Source: the human T2T-CHM13v2.0 reference genome, Homo sapiens. Taken from it: a stretch of DNA of 64,000 nucleotides. Positions 29,221 to 44,500 of this stretch are shown here, in pieces. The stretch lies in the NCBI RefSeq assembly GCF_009914755.1, contig NC_060940.1, one strand, 5' to 3'. Each line of letters opens with the position of its first letter. Position 1 is the stretch's first letter. Below the pieces are notes generated by a model, which worked only from the letters and a program-made list of their open reading frames with translations, was not told where the DNA came from and searched no databases. Both the position numbers and the translations under genes were made by a program.

Positions 29221-32200
29221 TCAGTGATGTTTCCATTCGACTCCATTCGATGATGATTCCATTCGACTCCATTCGATTATGATTTCATTCAATTCCATTC
29301 GATAAAGATTCCCTTCGAGTCCATTCGATGATTCCATTCGATTCCATTCAACGATGATTTGATTCGTGTCCATTCGATGATTCCATTTGATTCCACTTGA
29401 TGATGATTCCATTCGAGTCCATTTGATGATTCCATTCAATTCCATACTCCGATGATTTCTTTTGAGCCCACTCAATGCGTCCACTCGATTCCATATGATG
29501 ATGACTCCATTCGATGAAATTCGATGATGATTCCATTCGCTTGCTTTCGATGATGATTCCACTTGAGTCCGTTAGAAGATTCTATTCAATTACATTCCAT
29601 GACGATTCCGTTCGTGTCAATTTGATGATTCCATTAGACTCCATTCGACGATGATTCCATTCGATGTTATTCGATGATTCCATTCGATCTCATTCGTTGA
29701 TGATTCCATTCAACTCCATTCGATGTTTCCATTCGAGTTCATTCTATTATTCCATTAGATTCCATTCGATGATGATTCCATTCGATTCCATTTGATGATT
29801 GCATTCTATTTCATTTGATGATGATTCCATTCGAGTCCACTCGATGATTCCATTCGAGTCCATTTAATGAATCCATTGGTTTCAATTCTATGATGATTAC
29901 ATTGGATTCCATTCGTTGATGATTTCATTCGGTTCCATTCAATGATGATTCTATTCAATTCCTTTCAATGTCTCCATTCAATTCCATACGATGATGATTC
30001 CATTTGATTTGATTCGACAGTGAGCCATTCGATTCAAATCCTTGATGCTTCTATTTGATTCAATTGGTTGACATTTCCATTCGATTCCATTCGATGATGA
30101 TTCCCTTTGATTCCATTCAAAGATGATTCCATTCTAGCCCATTCAATCATTCCATTCGATTCTATTCAATGATGATTCCATTCATGTCGATTTGGTGATT
30201 CCATTTGACTTCATTTGATGATGATTCCTTTCAAGTTCATTAGATGATTCCATTCGATTCCAATTGATGATGATCCCATTCGAGTCCATTCAGTGATTCC
30301 TTTCGTTTCCATTCCATGATGATTCCATTCCATTCCATGCAATGATTCCATTCGATTCCGTTTGATGATGATTTCATTCGAGTCCATTTGATGATTCCAT
30401 TTGATTCCATTCGATGATGATTCCATTCGAGTCCATTCGATGATTCCATTCGATTGCATTCGATGATTCCATTATATTCCATTCAACGATGATTCCATTC
30501 GAGTCCATTCGATGATTCCATTAGAGTACATTTAATGATTGCTTTGTTTTCAATTCGAAGATGATTACATTCGATTCCATTCTATGATACCATTCGATTC
30601 CATTCAATGATGACTCCACTCAAATCCATTGGATGATTCCATTCGTGTCCATTCGGTGATTTCATTAGATTCCATTCGAGGATGATTCCATTCGATTCCA
30701 TTCGATGATTCCATTCAATTCCATTCGATGATGATTCCATTCTAGTGCATATGATCATTCCATTTAATTTCATTCGATGATGATTCCATTCGATTCCATT
30801 CGACGATTCCATTCTATTCCATTCGATGATGATTCCATTCGAGTCCATTCGATCATTCCATTCGAGTCCATTTAATGATTCCATTGGGTTCAATTCAATG
30901 ATGATTACATTGGATTCCGTTCTATGATTCCATTCAATTCCGTTCATTGACAATTTGATTCCATTCGATGATGATTCCATTTGAGTTCATTCGATGATTC
31001 TATTCGATTCTCTTCGATGGTGATTCAATTCTATTATATTGGATGAATCCATTCGATTCCATTTGATGTTGATTCAATTCGATTCTATTCGATGATGATT
31101 CCATTGGATTTCACTTGATGATTCTATTCGATTCCATTCAATGATGATTCACTTCTCGTCCATTGGATGATTCCATTTCATTCCATTCGATGATGATTCC
31201 ATTCGATTCCATTCGATGATTCCATTTGATTCCATGTGACGGTGAGCAATTCGATTCAATTCCATGATGATTCTATTTGATTCAATTAGATCATGTTTCC
31301 ATTCGAATCCATTCCATGATTATTCCATTGGAATCCATTCGGCGATGATTCCATATGAGTCAATTCAATGATGATTCCATATGGGTCCGTTCGATGATAA
31401 TTCCATTTGATTTCATTCGATGCTTCTATTCTATTCCAGTCGATGATGATTCCGTTGGAGTCCATACGATGATTCCATTTGATTTCATTTGATGATGATT
31501 CCATTCGATGATGATTACATTGGATTCCATTCTATGATTCCATTCAATTCCATTCGTTGATGATTCGATTCCATTCAATGATGATTCCATTTGAGTTCAT
31601 TCGATGATTCTGTTCGATTCCGTTCGATGGTGATTCAATTCTCTTATATTGGATGATTCCACTCGATTCCATTTGATGATTATTCCATTGGAGTCCACTT
31701 AGTGAATCCTTTAGATTCTACTCGAAGATGATTTCATTCGAGTCCATTCGATGATACTATTCAATTCCATTCGTTGATGCTTCCATTCAAGTGCATTCGA
31801 TGATATCATTCGATTCCATTTGATGATAATTCCATTTGATTCCATGCGATGATTCTATTCGATTCCATTCAATGATAATTCCATTCAATTCAGTGATTCC
31901 TCTGGACTCCATTTGATGATGATTCCATTCAATGATTCCATTCGATTCTATTCGAAAATGATTCCATTTGAATTCATTTGATGATGATTCCATTGGATTC
32001 CATTTGATGATTCCATTCGATTCCATTCGACGATTATTCCATTCGATTCCATTTGATGATTCCATTCTATTCTATTCGATGATGATTCCATTCGATTCCA
32101 TTCGATGATGATTGGATTCGATTCCATTTGATTATTTCATTTCATTCCATTCGTTAATGATTTCGATCAATTCCATTCAATGATTCCATTCGATTCCATT

Positions 32201-32556
32201 CGATAATGATTACATCCGAGTCCATTCGATGATTCCATTTGAGCCTGTTCGATAATTCCATTTGAGTCCAACCAATGATTCCATTCATTTCCATTCAATG
32301 ATTCCATTCGAGTCCATTTGATCATTCCGGTAGGGTCCATTCGATGTTGATTCCATTGGAGTGCATTAGATGATTCCATTCGAATCCATTCGATGATTCC
32401 ATTCAATTCCATTCGATGTTGATTCTGTTCAAATCCATTCGATGATTCCACTCGATTCCATTCGATGACTCCATTTGATCCCATTCGATGATTTCCTTTG
32501 ATTCCCTTTGATGATCATTCCATTTGATTCAATTCGGTGATTTCATTTGATTCCAT
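29221..32556 (+). repeat. Short unit, 3336 bp (deletions A+B, without the 10-bp insertion)
   Basis: 6112-1158-1618=3336, matching ORF landmarks 29221/32557, 30211/33547, 30582/33918. Confidence 0.93.
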
Positions 32557-35500
32557 TCAGTGATGTTTCCATTCGACTCCATTCGATGATGATTCCATTC
32601 GACTCCATTCGATTATGATTTCATTCAATTCCATTCGATAAAGATTCCCTTCGAGTCCATTCGATGATTCCATTCGATTCCATTCAACGATGATTTGATT
32701 CGTGTCCATTCGATGATTCCATTTGATTCCACTTGATGATGATTCCATTCGAGTCCATTTGATGATTCCATTCAATTCCATACTCCGATGATTTCTTTTG
32801 AGCCCACTCAATGCTTCCACTCGATTCCATATGATGATGACTCCATTCGATGAAATTCGATGATGATTCCATTCGCTTGCTTTCGATGATGATTCCACTT
32901 GAGTCCGTTAGAAGATTCTATTCAATTACATTCCATGACGATTCCGTTCGTGTCCATTTGATGATTCCATTAGACTCCATTCGACGATGATTCCATTCGA
33001 TGTTATTCGATGATTCCATTCGATCTCATTCGTTGATGATTCCATTCAACTCCATTCGATGTTTCCATTCGAGTTCATTCTATTATTCCATTAGATTCCA
33101 TTCGATGATGATTCCATTCGATTCCATTTGATGATTGCATTCTATTTCATTTGATGATGATTCCATTCGAGTCCACTCGATGATTCCATTCGAGTCCATT
33201 TAATGAATCCATTGGTTTCAATTCTATGATGATTACATTGGATTCCATTCGTTGATGATTTCATTCGGTTCCATTCAATGATGATTCTATTCAATTCCTT
33301 TCAATGTCTCCATTCAATTCCATACGATGATGATTCCATTTGATTTGATTCGACAGTGAGCCATTCGATTCAATTCCTTGATGCTTCTATTTGATTCAAT
33401 TGGTTGACATTTCCATTCGATTCCATTCGATGATGATTCCCTTTGATTCCATTCAAAGATGATTCCATTCTAGCCCATTCAATCATTCCATTCGATTCTA
33501 TTCAATGATGATTCCATTCATGTCGATTTGGTGATTCCATTTGACTTCATTTGATGATGATTCCTTTCAAGTTCATTAGATGATTCCATTCGATTCCAAT
33601 TGATGATGATCCCATTCGAGTCCATTCAGTGATTCCATTCGTTTCCATTCCATGATGATTCCATTCCATTCCATGCAATGATTCCATTCGATTCCGTTTG
33701 ATGATGATTTCATTCGAGTCCATTTGATGATTCCATTTGATTCCATTCGATGATGATTCCATTCGAGTCCATTCGATGATTCCATTCGATTGCATTCCAT
33801 GATTCCATTATATTCCATTCAACGATGATTCCATTCGAGTCCATTCGATGATTCCATTAGAGTACATTTAATGATTGCTTTGTTTTCAATTCGAAGATGA
33901 TTACATTCGATTCCATTCTATGATACCATTCGATTCCATTCAATGATGACTCCACTCAAATCCATTGGATGATTCCATTCGTGTCCATTCGGTGATTTCA
34001 TTAGATTCCATTCGAGGATGATTCCATTCGATTCCATTCGATGATTCCATTCAATTCCATTCGATGATGATTCCATTCTAGTCCATATGATCATTCCATT
34101 TAATTTCATTCGATGATGATTCCATTCGATTCCATTCGACGATTCCATTCTATTCCATTCGATGATGATTCCATTCGAGTCCATTCGATCATTCCATTCG
34201 AGTCCATTTAATGATTCCATTGGGTTCAATTCAATGATGATTACATTGGATTCCGTTCTATGATTCCATTCAATTCCGTTCATTGACAATTTGATTCCAT
34301 TCGATGATGATTCCATTTGAGTTCATTCGATGATTCTATTCGATTCTCTTCGATGGTGATTCAATTCTATTATATTGGATGATTCCATTCGATTCCATTT
34401 GATGTTGATTCAATTCGATTCTATTCGATGATGATTCCATTGGATTTCACTTGATGATTCTATTCGATTCCATTCAATGATGATTCACTTCTCGTCCATT
34501 GGATGATTCCATTTCATTCCATTCGATGATGATTCCATTCGATTCCATTCGATGATTCCATTTGATTCCATGCGACGGTGAGCAATTCGATTCAATTCCA
34601 TGATGATTCTATTTGATTCAATTAGATGATGTTTCCATTCGAATCCATTCCATGATTATTCCATTGGAATCCATTCGGTGATGATTCCATATGAGTCAAT
34701 TCAATGATGATTCCATATGGGTCCGTTTGATGATAATTCCTTTTGATTTCATTCGATGCTTCTATTCAATTCCAGTTGATGATGATTCCGTTGGAGTCCA
34801 TACGATGATTCCATTTGATTTCATTTCATGATGATTCCATTCGATTCCATTCGATGATGATTACATTGGATTCCATTCTATGATTCCATTCAATTCCATT
34901 CGTTGATGATTCGATTCCCTTCAATGATGATTCCACTTGAGTTCATTCGATTATTCTATTCGATTCCGTTCGATGGTGATTCAATTCTCTTATATTGGAT
35001 GATTCCACTCGATTCCATTTGATGATTATTCCATTGGAGTCCACTTAGTGAATCCTTTAGATTCTACTCGAAGATGATTCCATTCGAGTCCATTCGATGA
35101 TACCATTCAATTCCATTCGTTGATGCTTCCATTCAAGTGCATTCGATGATATCATTCGATTCCATTTGATGATAATTCCATTTGATTCCATGCGATGATT
35201 CTATTCGATTCCATTCAATGATAATTCCATTCAATTCAGTGATTCCTCTGGACTCCATTTGATGATGATTCCATTCAATGATTCCATTCGATTCTATTCG
35301 AAAATGATTCCATTTGAATCCATTTGATGATGATTCCATTGGATTCCATTTGATGATTCCATTCGATTCCATTCGACGATTATTCCATTCGATTCCATTT
35401 GATGATTCCATTCTATTCTATTCGATGATGATTCCATTCGATTCCATTCGATGATGATTGGATTCGATTCCATTTGATTATTTCATTTCATTCCATTCGT

Positions 35501-38500
35501 TAATGATTTCGATCAATTCCATTCAATGATTCCATTCGATTCCATTCGATAATGATTACATCCGAGTCCATTCGGTGATTCCATTTGAGCCTGTTCGATA
35601 ATTCCATTTGAGTCCAACCAATGATTCCATTCATTTCCATTCAATGATTCCATTCGAGTCCATTTGATCATTCCGGTAGGGTCCATTCGATGTTGATTCC
35701 ATTGGAGTGCATTAGATGATTCCATTCGAATCCATTCGATGATTCCATTCGATTCCATTCGATGTTGATTCTGTTCAAATCCATTCGATGATTCCACTCG
35801 ATTCCATTCGATGACTCCATTTGATCCCATTCGATGATTTCCTTTGATTCCCTTTGATGATCATTCCATTTGATTCAATTCGGTGATTTCATTTGATTCC
35901 ATTCAGTGATGTTTCCATTCGACTCCATTCGATGATGATTCCATTCGACTCCATTCGATTATGATTTCATTCAATTCCATTCGATAATGATTCCCTTCGA
36001 GTCCATTCGATGATTCCATTCGATTCCATTCAACGATGATTTGATTCGTGTCCATTCGATGATTCCATTTGATTCCACTTGATGATGATTCCATTCGAGT
36101 CCATTTGATGATTCCATTCAATTCCATACTCCGATGATTTCTTTTGAGCCCACTCAATGCTTCCACTCGTTTCCATATGATGATGACTCCATTCGATGAA
36201 ATTCGATGATGATTCCATTCGCTTGCTTTCGATGATGATTCCACTTGAGTCCGTTAGAAGATTCTATTCAATTACATTCCATGACGATTCCGTTCGTGTC
36301 CATTTGATGATTCCATTAGACTCCATTCGACGATGATTCCATTCGATGTTATTCGATGATTCCATTCGATCTCATTCGTTGATGATTCCATTCAACTCCA
36401 TTCGATGTTTCCATTCGAGTTCATTCTATTATTCCATTAGATTCCATTCGATGATGATTCCATTCGATTCCATTTGATGATTGCATTCTATTTCATTTGA
36501 TGATGATTCCATTCGAGTCCACTCGATGATTCCATTCGAGTCCATTTAATGAATCCATTGGTTTCAATTCTATGATGATTACATTGGATTCCATTCGTTG
36601 ATGATTTCATTCGGTTCCATTCAATGATGATTCTATTCAATTCCTTTCAATGTTTCCATTCAATTCCATACGATGATGATTCCATTTGATTTGATTCGAC
36701 AGTGAGCCATTCGATTCAATTCCATGATGTTTCTATTTGATTCAATTGGTTGACATTTCCATTCGATTCCATTCGATGATGATTCCCTTTGATTCCATTC
36801 AAAGATGATTCCATTCTAGCCCATTCAATCATTCCATTCGATTCTATTCAATGATGATTCCATTCATGTCGAGTTGGTGATTCCATTTGACTTCATTTGA
36901 TGATGATTCCTTTCAAGTTCATTAGATGATTCCATTCGATTCCAATTGATGATGATCCCATTCGAGTCCATTCAGTGATTCCATTCGTTTCCATTCCATG
37001 ATGATTCCATTCCATTCCATGCAATGATTCCATTCGATTCCGTTTGATGATGATTTCATTCGAGTCCATTTGATGATTCCATTTGATTCCATTCGATGAT
37101 GATTCCATTCGAGTCCATTCGATGATTCCATTCGATTGCATTCGATGATTCCATTATATTCCATTCAACGATGATTCCATTCGAGTCCATTCGATGATTC
37201 CATTAGAGTACATTTAATGATTGCTTTGTTTTCAATTCGAAGATGATTACATTCGATTCCATTCTATGATACCATTCGATTCCATTCAATGATGACTCCA
37301 CTCAAATCCATTGGATGATTCCATTCGTGTCCATTCGGTGATTTCATTAGATTCCATTCGAGGATGATTCCATTCGATTCCATTCGATGATTCCATTCAA
37401 TTCCATTCGATGATGATTCCATTCGAGTCCATATGATCATTCCATTTAATTTCATTCGATGATGATTCCATTCGATTCCATTCGACGATTCCATTCTATT
37501 CCATTCGATGATGATTCCATTCGAGTCCATTCGATCATTCCATTCGAGTCCATTTAATGATTCCATTGGGTTCAATTCAATGATGATTACATTGGATTCC
37601 GTTCTATGATTCCATTCAATTCCGTTCATTGACAATTTGATTCCATTCGATGATGATTCCATTTGAGTTCATTCGATGATTCTATTCGATTCTCTTCGAT
37701 GGTGATTCAATTCTATTATATTGGATGATTCCATTCGATTCCATTTGATGTTGATTCAATTCGATTCTATTCGATGATGATTCCATTGGATTTCACTTGA
37801 TGATTCTATTCGATTCCATTCAATGATGATTCACTTCTCGTCCATTGGATGATTCCATTTCATTCCATTCGATGATGATTCCATTCGATTCCATTCGATG
37901 ATTCCATTTGATTCCATGCGACGGTGAGCAATTCGATTCAATTCCATGATGATTCTATTTGATTCAATTAGATGATGTTTCCATTCGAATCCATTCCATG
38001 ATTATTCCATTGGAATCCATTCGGTGATGATTCCATATGAGTCAATTCAATGATGATTCCATATGGGTCCGTTCGATGATAATTCCTTTTGATTTCATTC
38101 GATGCTTCTATTCAATTCCAGTTGATGATGATTCCGTTGGAGTCCATACGATGATTCCATTTGATTTCATTTCATGATGATTCCATTCGATTCCATTCGA
38201 TGATGATTACATTGGATTCCATTCTATGATTCCATTCAATTCCATTCGTTGATGATTCGATTCCCTTCAATGATGATTCCACTTGAGTTCATTCGATTAT
38301 TCTATTCGATTCCGTTCGATGGTGATTCAATTCTCTTATATTGGATGATTCCACTCGATTCCATTTGATGATTATTCCATTGGAGTCCACTTAGTGAATC
38401 CTTTAGATTCTACTCGAAGATGATTCCATTCGATTCCATTCGATGATACCATTCAATTCCATTCGTTGATGCTTCCATTCAAGTGCATTCGATGATATCA

Positions 38501-41500
38501 TTCGATTCCATTTGATGATAATTCCATTTGATTCCATGCGATGATTCTATTCGATTCCATTCAATGATAATTCCATTCAATTCAGTGATTTCTCTGGACT
38601 CCATTTGATGATGATTCCATTCAATGATTCCATTCGATTCTATTCGAAAATGATTCCATTTGAATCCATTTGATGATGATTCCATTGGATTCCATTTGAT
38701 GATTCCATTCGATTCCATTCGACGATGATTCCATTCGATTCCATTTGATGATTCCATTCTATTCTATTCGATGATGATTCCATTCGATTCCATTCGATGA
38801 TGATTGGATTCGATTCCATTTGATTATTTCATTTCATTCCATTCGTTAATGATTTCGATCAATTCCATTCAATGATTCCATTCGATTCCATTCGATAATG
38901 ATTACATCCGAGTCCATTCGATGATTCCATTTGAGCCTGTTCGATAATTCCATTTGAGTCCAACCAATGATTCCATTCATTTCCATTCAATGATTCCATT
39001 CGAGTCCATTTGATCATTCCGGTAGGGTCCATTCGATGTTGATTCCATTGGAGTGCATTAGATGATTCCATTCGAATCCATTCGATGATTCCATTCGATT
39101 CCATTCGATGTTGATTCTGTTCAAATCCATTCGATGATTCCACTCGATTCCATTCGATGACTCCATTTGATCCCATTCGATGATTTCCTTTGATTCCCTT
39201 TGATGATCATTCCATTTGATTCAATTCGGTGATTTCATTTGATTCCATTCAGTGATGTTTCCATTCGACTCCATTCGATGATGATTCCATTCGACTCCAT
39301 TCGATTATGATTTCATTCAATTCCATTCGATAATGATTCCCTTCGAGTCCATTCGATGATTCCATTCGATTCCATTCAACGATGATTTGATTCGTGTCCA
39401 TTCGATGATTCCATTTGATTCCACTTGATGATGATTCCATTCGAGTCCATTTGATGATTCCATTCAATTCCATACTCCGATGATTTCTTTTGAGCCCACT
39501 CAATGCTTCCACTCGATTCCATATGATGATGACTCCATTCGATGAAATTCGATGATGATTCCATTCGCTTGCTTTCGATGATGATTCCACTTGAGTCCGT
39601 TAGAAGATTCTATTCAATTACATTCCATGACGATTCCGTTCGTGTCCATTTGATGATTCCATTAGACTCCATTCGACGATGATTCCATTCGATGTTATTC
39701 GATGATTCCATTCGATCTCATTCGTTGATGATTCCATTCAACTCCATTCGATGTTTCCATTCGAGTTCATTCTATTATTCCATTAGATTCCATTCGATGA
39801 TGATTCCATTCGATTCCATTTGATGATTGCATTCTATTTCATTTGATGATGATTCCATTCGAGTCCACTCGATGATTCCATTCGAGTCCATTTAATGAAT
39901 CCATTGGTTTCAATTCTATGATGATTACATTGGATTCCATTCGTTGATGATTTCATTCGGTTCCATTCAATGATGATTCTATTCAATTCCTTTCAATGTT
40001 TCCATTCAATTCCATACGATGATGATTCCATTTGATTTGATTCGACAGTGAGCCATTCGATTCAATTCCATGATGTTTCTATTTGATTCAATTGGTTGAC
40101 ATTTCCATTCGATTCCATTCGATGATGATTCCCTTTGATTCCATTCAAAGATGATTCCATTCTAGCCCATTCAATCATTCCATTCGATTCTATTCAATGA
40201 TGATTCCATTCATGTCGAGTTGGTGATTCCATTTGACTTCATTTGATGATAATTCCTTTCAAGTTCATTAGATGATTCCATTCGATTCCAATTGATGATG
40301 ATCCCATTCGAGTCCATTCAGTGATTCCATTCGTTTCCATTCCATGATGATTCCATTCCATTCCATGCAATGATTCCATTCGATTCCGTTTGATGATGAT
40401 TTCATTCGAGTCCATTTGATGATTCCATTTGATTCCATTCGATGATGATTCCATTCGAGTCCATTCGATGATTCCATTCGATTGCATTCGATGATTCCAT
40501 TATATTCCATTCAACGATGATTCCATTCGAGTCCATTCGATGATTCCATTAGAGTACATTTAATGATTGCTTTGTTTTCAATTCGAAGATGATTACATTC
40601 GATTCCATTCTATGATACCATTCGATTCCATTCAATGATGACTCCACTCAAATCCATTGGATGATTCCATTCGTGCCCATTCGGTGATTTCATTAGATTC
40701 CATTCGAGGATGATTCCATTCGATTCCATTCGATGATTCCATTCAATTCCATTCGATGATGATTCCATTCGAGTCCATATGATCATTCCATTTAATTTCA
40801 TTCGATGATGATTCCATTCGATTCCATTCGACGATTCCATTCGATTCCATTCGATGATGATTCCATTCGAGTCCATTCGATCATTCCATTCGAGTCCATT
40901 TAATGATTCCATTGGGTTCAATTCAATGATGATTACATTGGATTCCGTTCTATGATTCCATTCAATTCCGTTCATTGACAATTTGATTCCATTCGATGAT
41001 GATTCCATTTGAGTTCATTCGATGATTCTATTCGATTCTCTTCGATGGTGATTCAATTCTATTATATTGGATGATTCCATTCGATTCCATTTGATGTTGA
41101 TTCAATTCGATTCTATTCGATGATGATTCCATTGGATTTCACTTGATGATTCTATTCGATTCCATTCAATGATGATTCACTTCTCGTCCATTGGATGATT
41201 CCATTTCATTCCATTCGATGATGATTCCATTCGATTCCATTCGATGATTCCATTTGATTCCATGCGACGGTGAGCAATTCGATTCAATTCCATGATGATT
41301 CTATTTGATTCAATTAGATGATGTTTCCATTCGAATCCATTCCATGATTATTCCATTGGAATCCATTCGGCGATGATTCCATATGAGTCAATTCAATGAT
41401 GATTCCATATGGGTCCGTTCGATGATAATTCCTTTTGATTTCATTCGATGCTTCTATTCAATTCCAGTTGATGATGATTCCGTTGGAGTCCATACGATGA

Positions 41501-44500
41501 TTCCATTTGATTTCATTTCATGATGATTCCATTCGATTCCATTCGATGATGATTACATTGGATTCCATTCTATGATTCCATTCAATTCCATTCGTTGATG
41601 ATTCGATTCCCTTCAATGATGATTCCACTTGAGTTCATTCGATTATTCTATTCGATTCCGTTCGATGGTGATTCAATTCTCTTATATTGGATGATTCCAC
41701 TCGATTCCATTTGATGATTATTCCATTGGAGTCCACTTAGTGAATCCTTTAGATTCTACTCGAAGATGATTCCATTCGAGTCCATTCGATGATACCATTC
41801 AATTCCATTCGTTGATGCTTCCATTCAAGTGCATTCGATGATATCATTCGATTCCATTTGATGATAATTCCATTTGATTCCATGCGATGATTCTATTCGA
41901 TTCCATTCAATGATAATTCCATTCAATTCAGTGATTCCTCTGGACTCCATTTGATGATGATTCCATTCAATGATTCCATTCGATTCTATTCGAAAATGAT
42001 TCCATTTGAATCCATTTGATGATGATTCCATTGGATTCCATTTGATGATTCCATTCGATTCCATTCGACGATGATTCCATTCGATTCCATTTGATGATTC
42101 CATTCTATTCTATTCGATGATGATTCCATTCGATTCCATTCGATGATGATTGGATTCGATTCCATTTGATTATTTCATTTCATTCCATTCGTTAATGATT
42201 TCGATCAATTCCATTCAATGATTCCATTCGATTCCATTCGATAATGATTACATCCGAGTCCATTCGGTGATTCCATTTGAGCCTGTTCGATAATTCCATT
42301 TGAGTCCAACCAATGATTCCATTCATTTCCATTCAATGATTCCATTCGAGTCCATTTGATCATTCCGGTAGGGTCCATTCGATGTTGATTCCATTGGAGT
42401 GCATTAGATGATTCCATTCGAATCCATTCGATGATTCCATTCGATTCCATTCGATGTTGATTCTGTTCAAATCCATTCGATGATTCCACTCGATTCCATT
42501 CGATGACTCCATTTGATCCCATTCGATGATTTCCTTTGATTCCCTTTGATGATCATTCCATTTGATTCAATTCGGTGATTTCATTTGATTCCATTCAGTG
42601 ATGTTTCCATTCGACTCCATTCGATGATGATTCCATTCGACTCCATTCGATTATGATTTCATTCAATTCCATTCGATAATGATTCCCTTCGAGTCCATTC
42701 GATGATTCCATTCGATTCCATTCAACGATGATTTGATTCGTGTCCATTCGATGATTCCATTTGATTCCACTTGATGATGATTCCATTCGAGTCCATTTGA
42801 TGATTCCATTCAATTCCATACTCCGATGATTTCTTTTGAGCCCACTCAATGCTTCCACTCGATTCCATATGATGATGACTCCATTCGATGAAATTCGATG
42901 ATGATTCCATTCGCTTGCTTTCGATGATGATTCCACTTGAGTCCGTTAGAAGATTCTATTCAATTACATTCCATGACGATTCCGTTCGTGTCCATTTGAT
43001 GATTCCATTAGACTCCATTCGACGATGATTCCATTCGATGTTATTCGATGATTCCATTCGATCTCATTCGTTGATGATTCCATTCAACTCCATTCGATGT
43101 TTCCATTCGAGTTCATTCTATTATTCCATTAGATTCCATTCGATGATGATTCCATTCGATTCCATTTGATGATTGCATTCTATTTCATTTGATGATGATT
43201 CCATTCGAGTCCACTCGATGATTCCATTCGAGTCCATTTAATGAATCCATTGGTTTCAATTCTATGATGATTACATTGGATTCCATTCGTTGATGATTTC
43301 ATTCGGTTCCATTCAATGATGATTCTATTCAATTCCTTTCAATGTTTCCATTCAATTCCATACGATGATGATTCCATTTGATTTGATTCGATAGTGAGCC
43401 ATTCGATTCAATTCCATGATGTTTCTATTTGATTCAATTGGTTGACATTTCCATTCGATTCCATTCGATGATGATTCCCTTTGATTCCATTCAAAGATGA
43501 TTCCATTCTAGCCCATTCAATCATTCCATTCGATTCTATTCAATGATGATTCCATTCATGTCGAGTTGGTGATTCCATTTGACTTCATTTGATGATGATT
43601 CCTTTCAAGTTCATTAGATGATTCCATTCGATTCCAATTGATGATGATCCCATTCGAGTCCATTCAGTGATTCCATTCGTTTCCATTCCATGATGATTCC
43701 ATTCCATTCCATGCAATGATTCCATTCGATTCCGTTTGATGATGATTTCATTCGAGTCCATTTGATGATTCCATTTGATTCCATTCGATGATGATTCCAT
43801 TCGAGTCCATTCGATGATTCCATTCGATTGCATTCGATGATTCCATTATATTCCATTCAACGATGATTCCATTCGAGTCCATTCGATGATTCCATTAGAG
43901 TACATTTAATGATTGCTTTGTTTTCAATTCGAAGATGATTACATTCGATTCCATTCTATGATACCATTCGATTCCATTCAATGATGACTCCACTCAAATC
44001 CATTGGATGATTCCATTCGTGTCCATTCGGTGATTTCATTAGATTCCATTCGAGGATGATTCCATTCGATTCCATTCGATGATTCCATTCAATTCCATTC
44101 GATGATGATTCCATTCGAGTCCATATGATCATTCCATTTAATTTCATTCGATGATGATTCCATTCGATTCCATTCGACGATTCCATTCTATTCCATTCGA
44201 TGATGATTCCATTCGAGTCCATTCGATCATTCCATTCGAGTCCATTTAATGATTCCATTGGGTTCAATTCAATGATGATTACATTGGATTCCGTTCTATG
44301 ATTCCATTCAATTCCGTTCATTGACAATTTGATTCCATTCGATGATGATTCCATTTGAGTTCATTCGATGATTCTATTCGATTCTCTTCGATGGTGATTC
44401 AATTCTATTATATTGGATGATTCCATTCGATTCCATTTGATGTTGATTCAATTCGATTCTATTCGATGATGATTCCATTGGATTTCACTTGATGATTCTA

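Noticed and set aside
31970-31975. Private EcoRI site (also XhoI at ~22931 and ~28401)
   Set aside because: These are single-base variants of the consensus, useful as mapping markers only.
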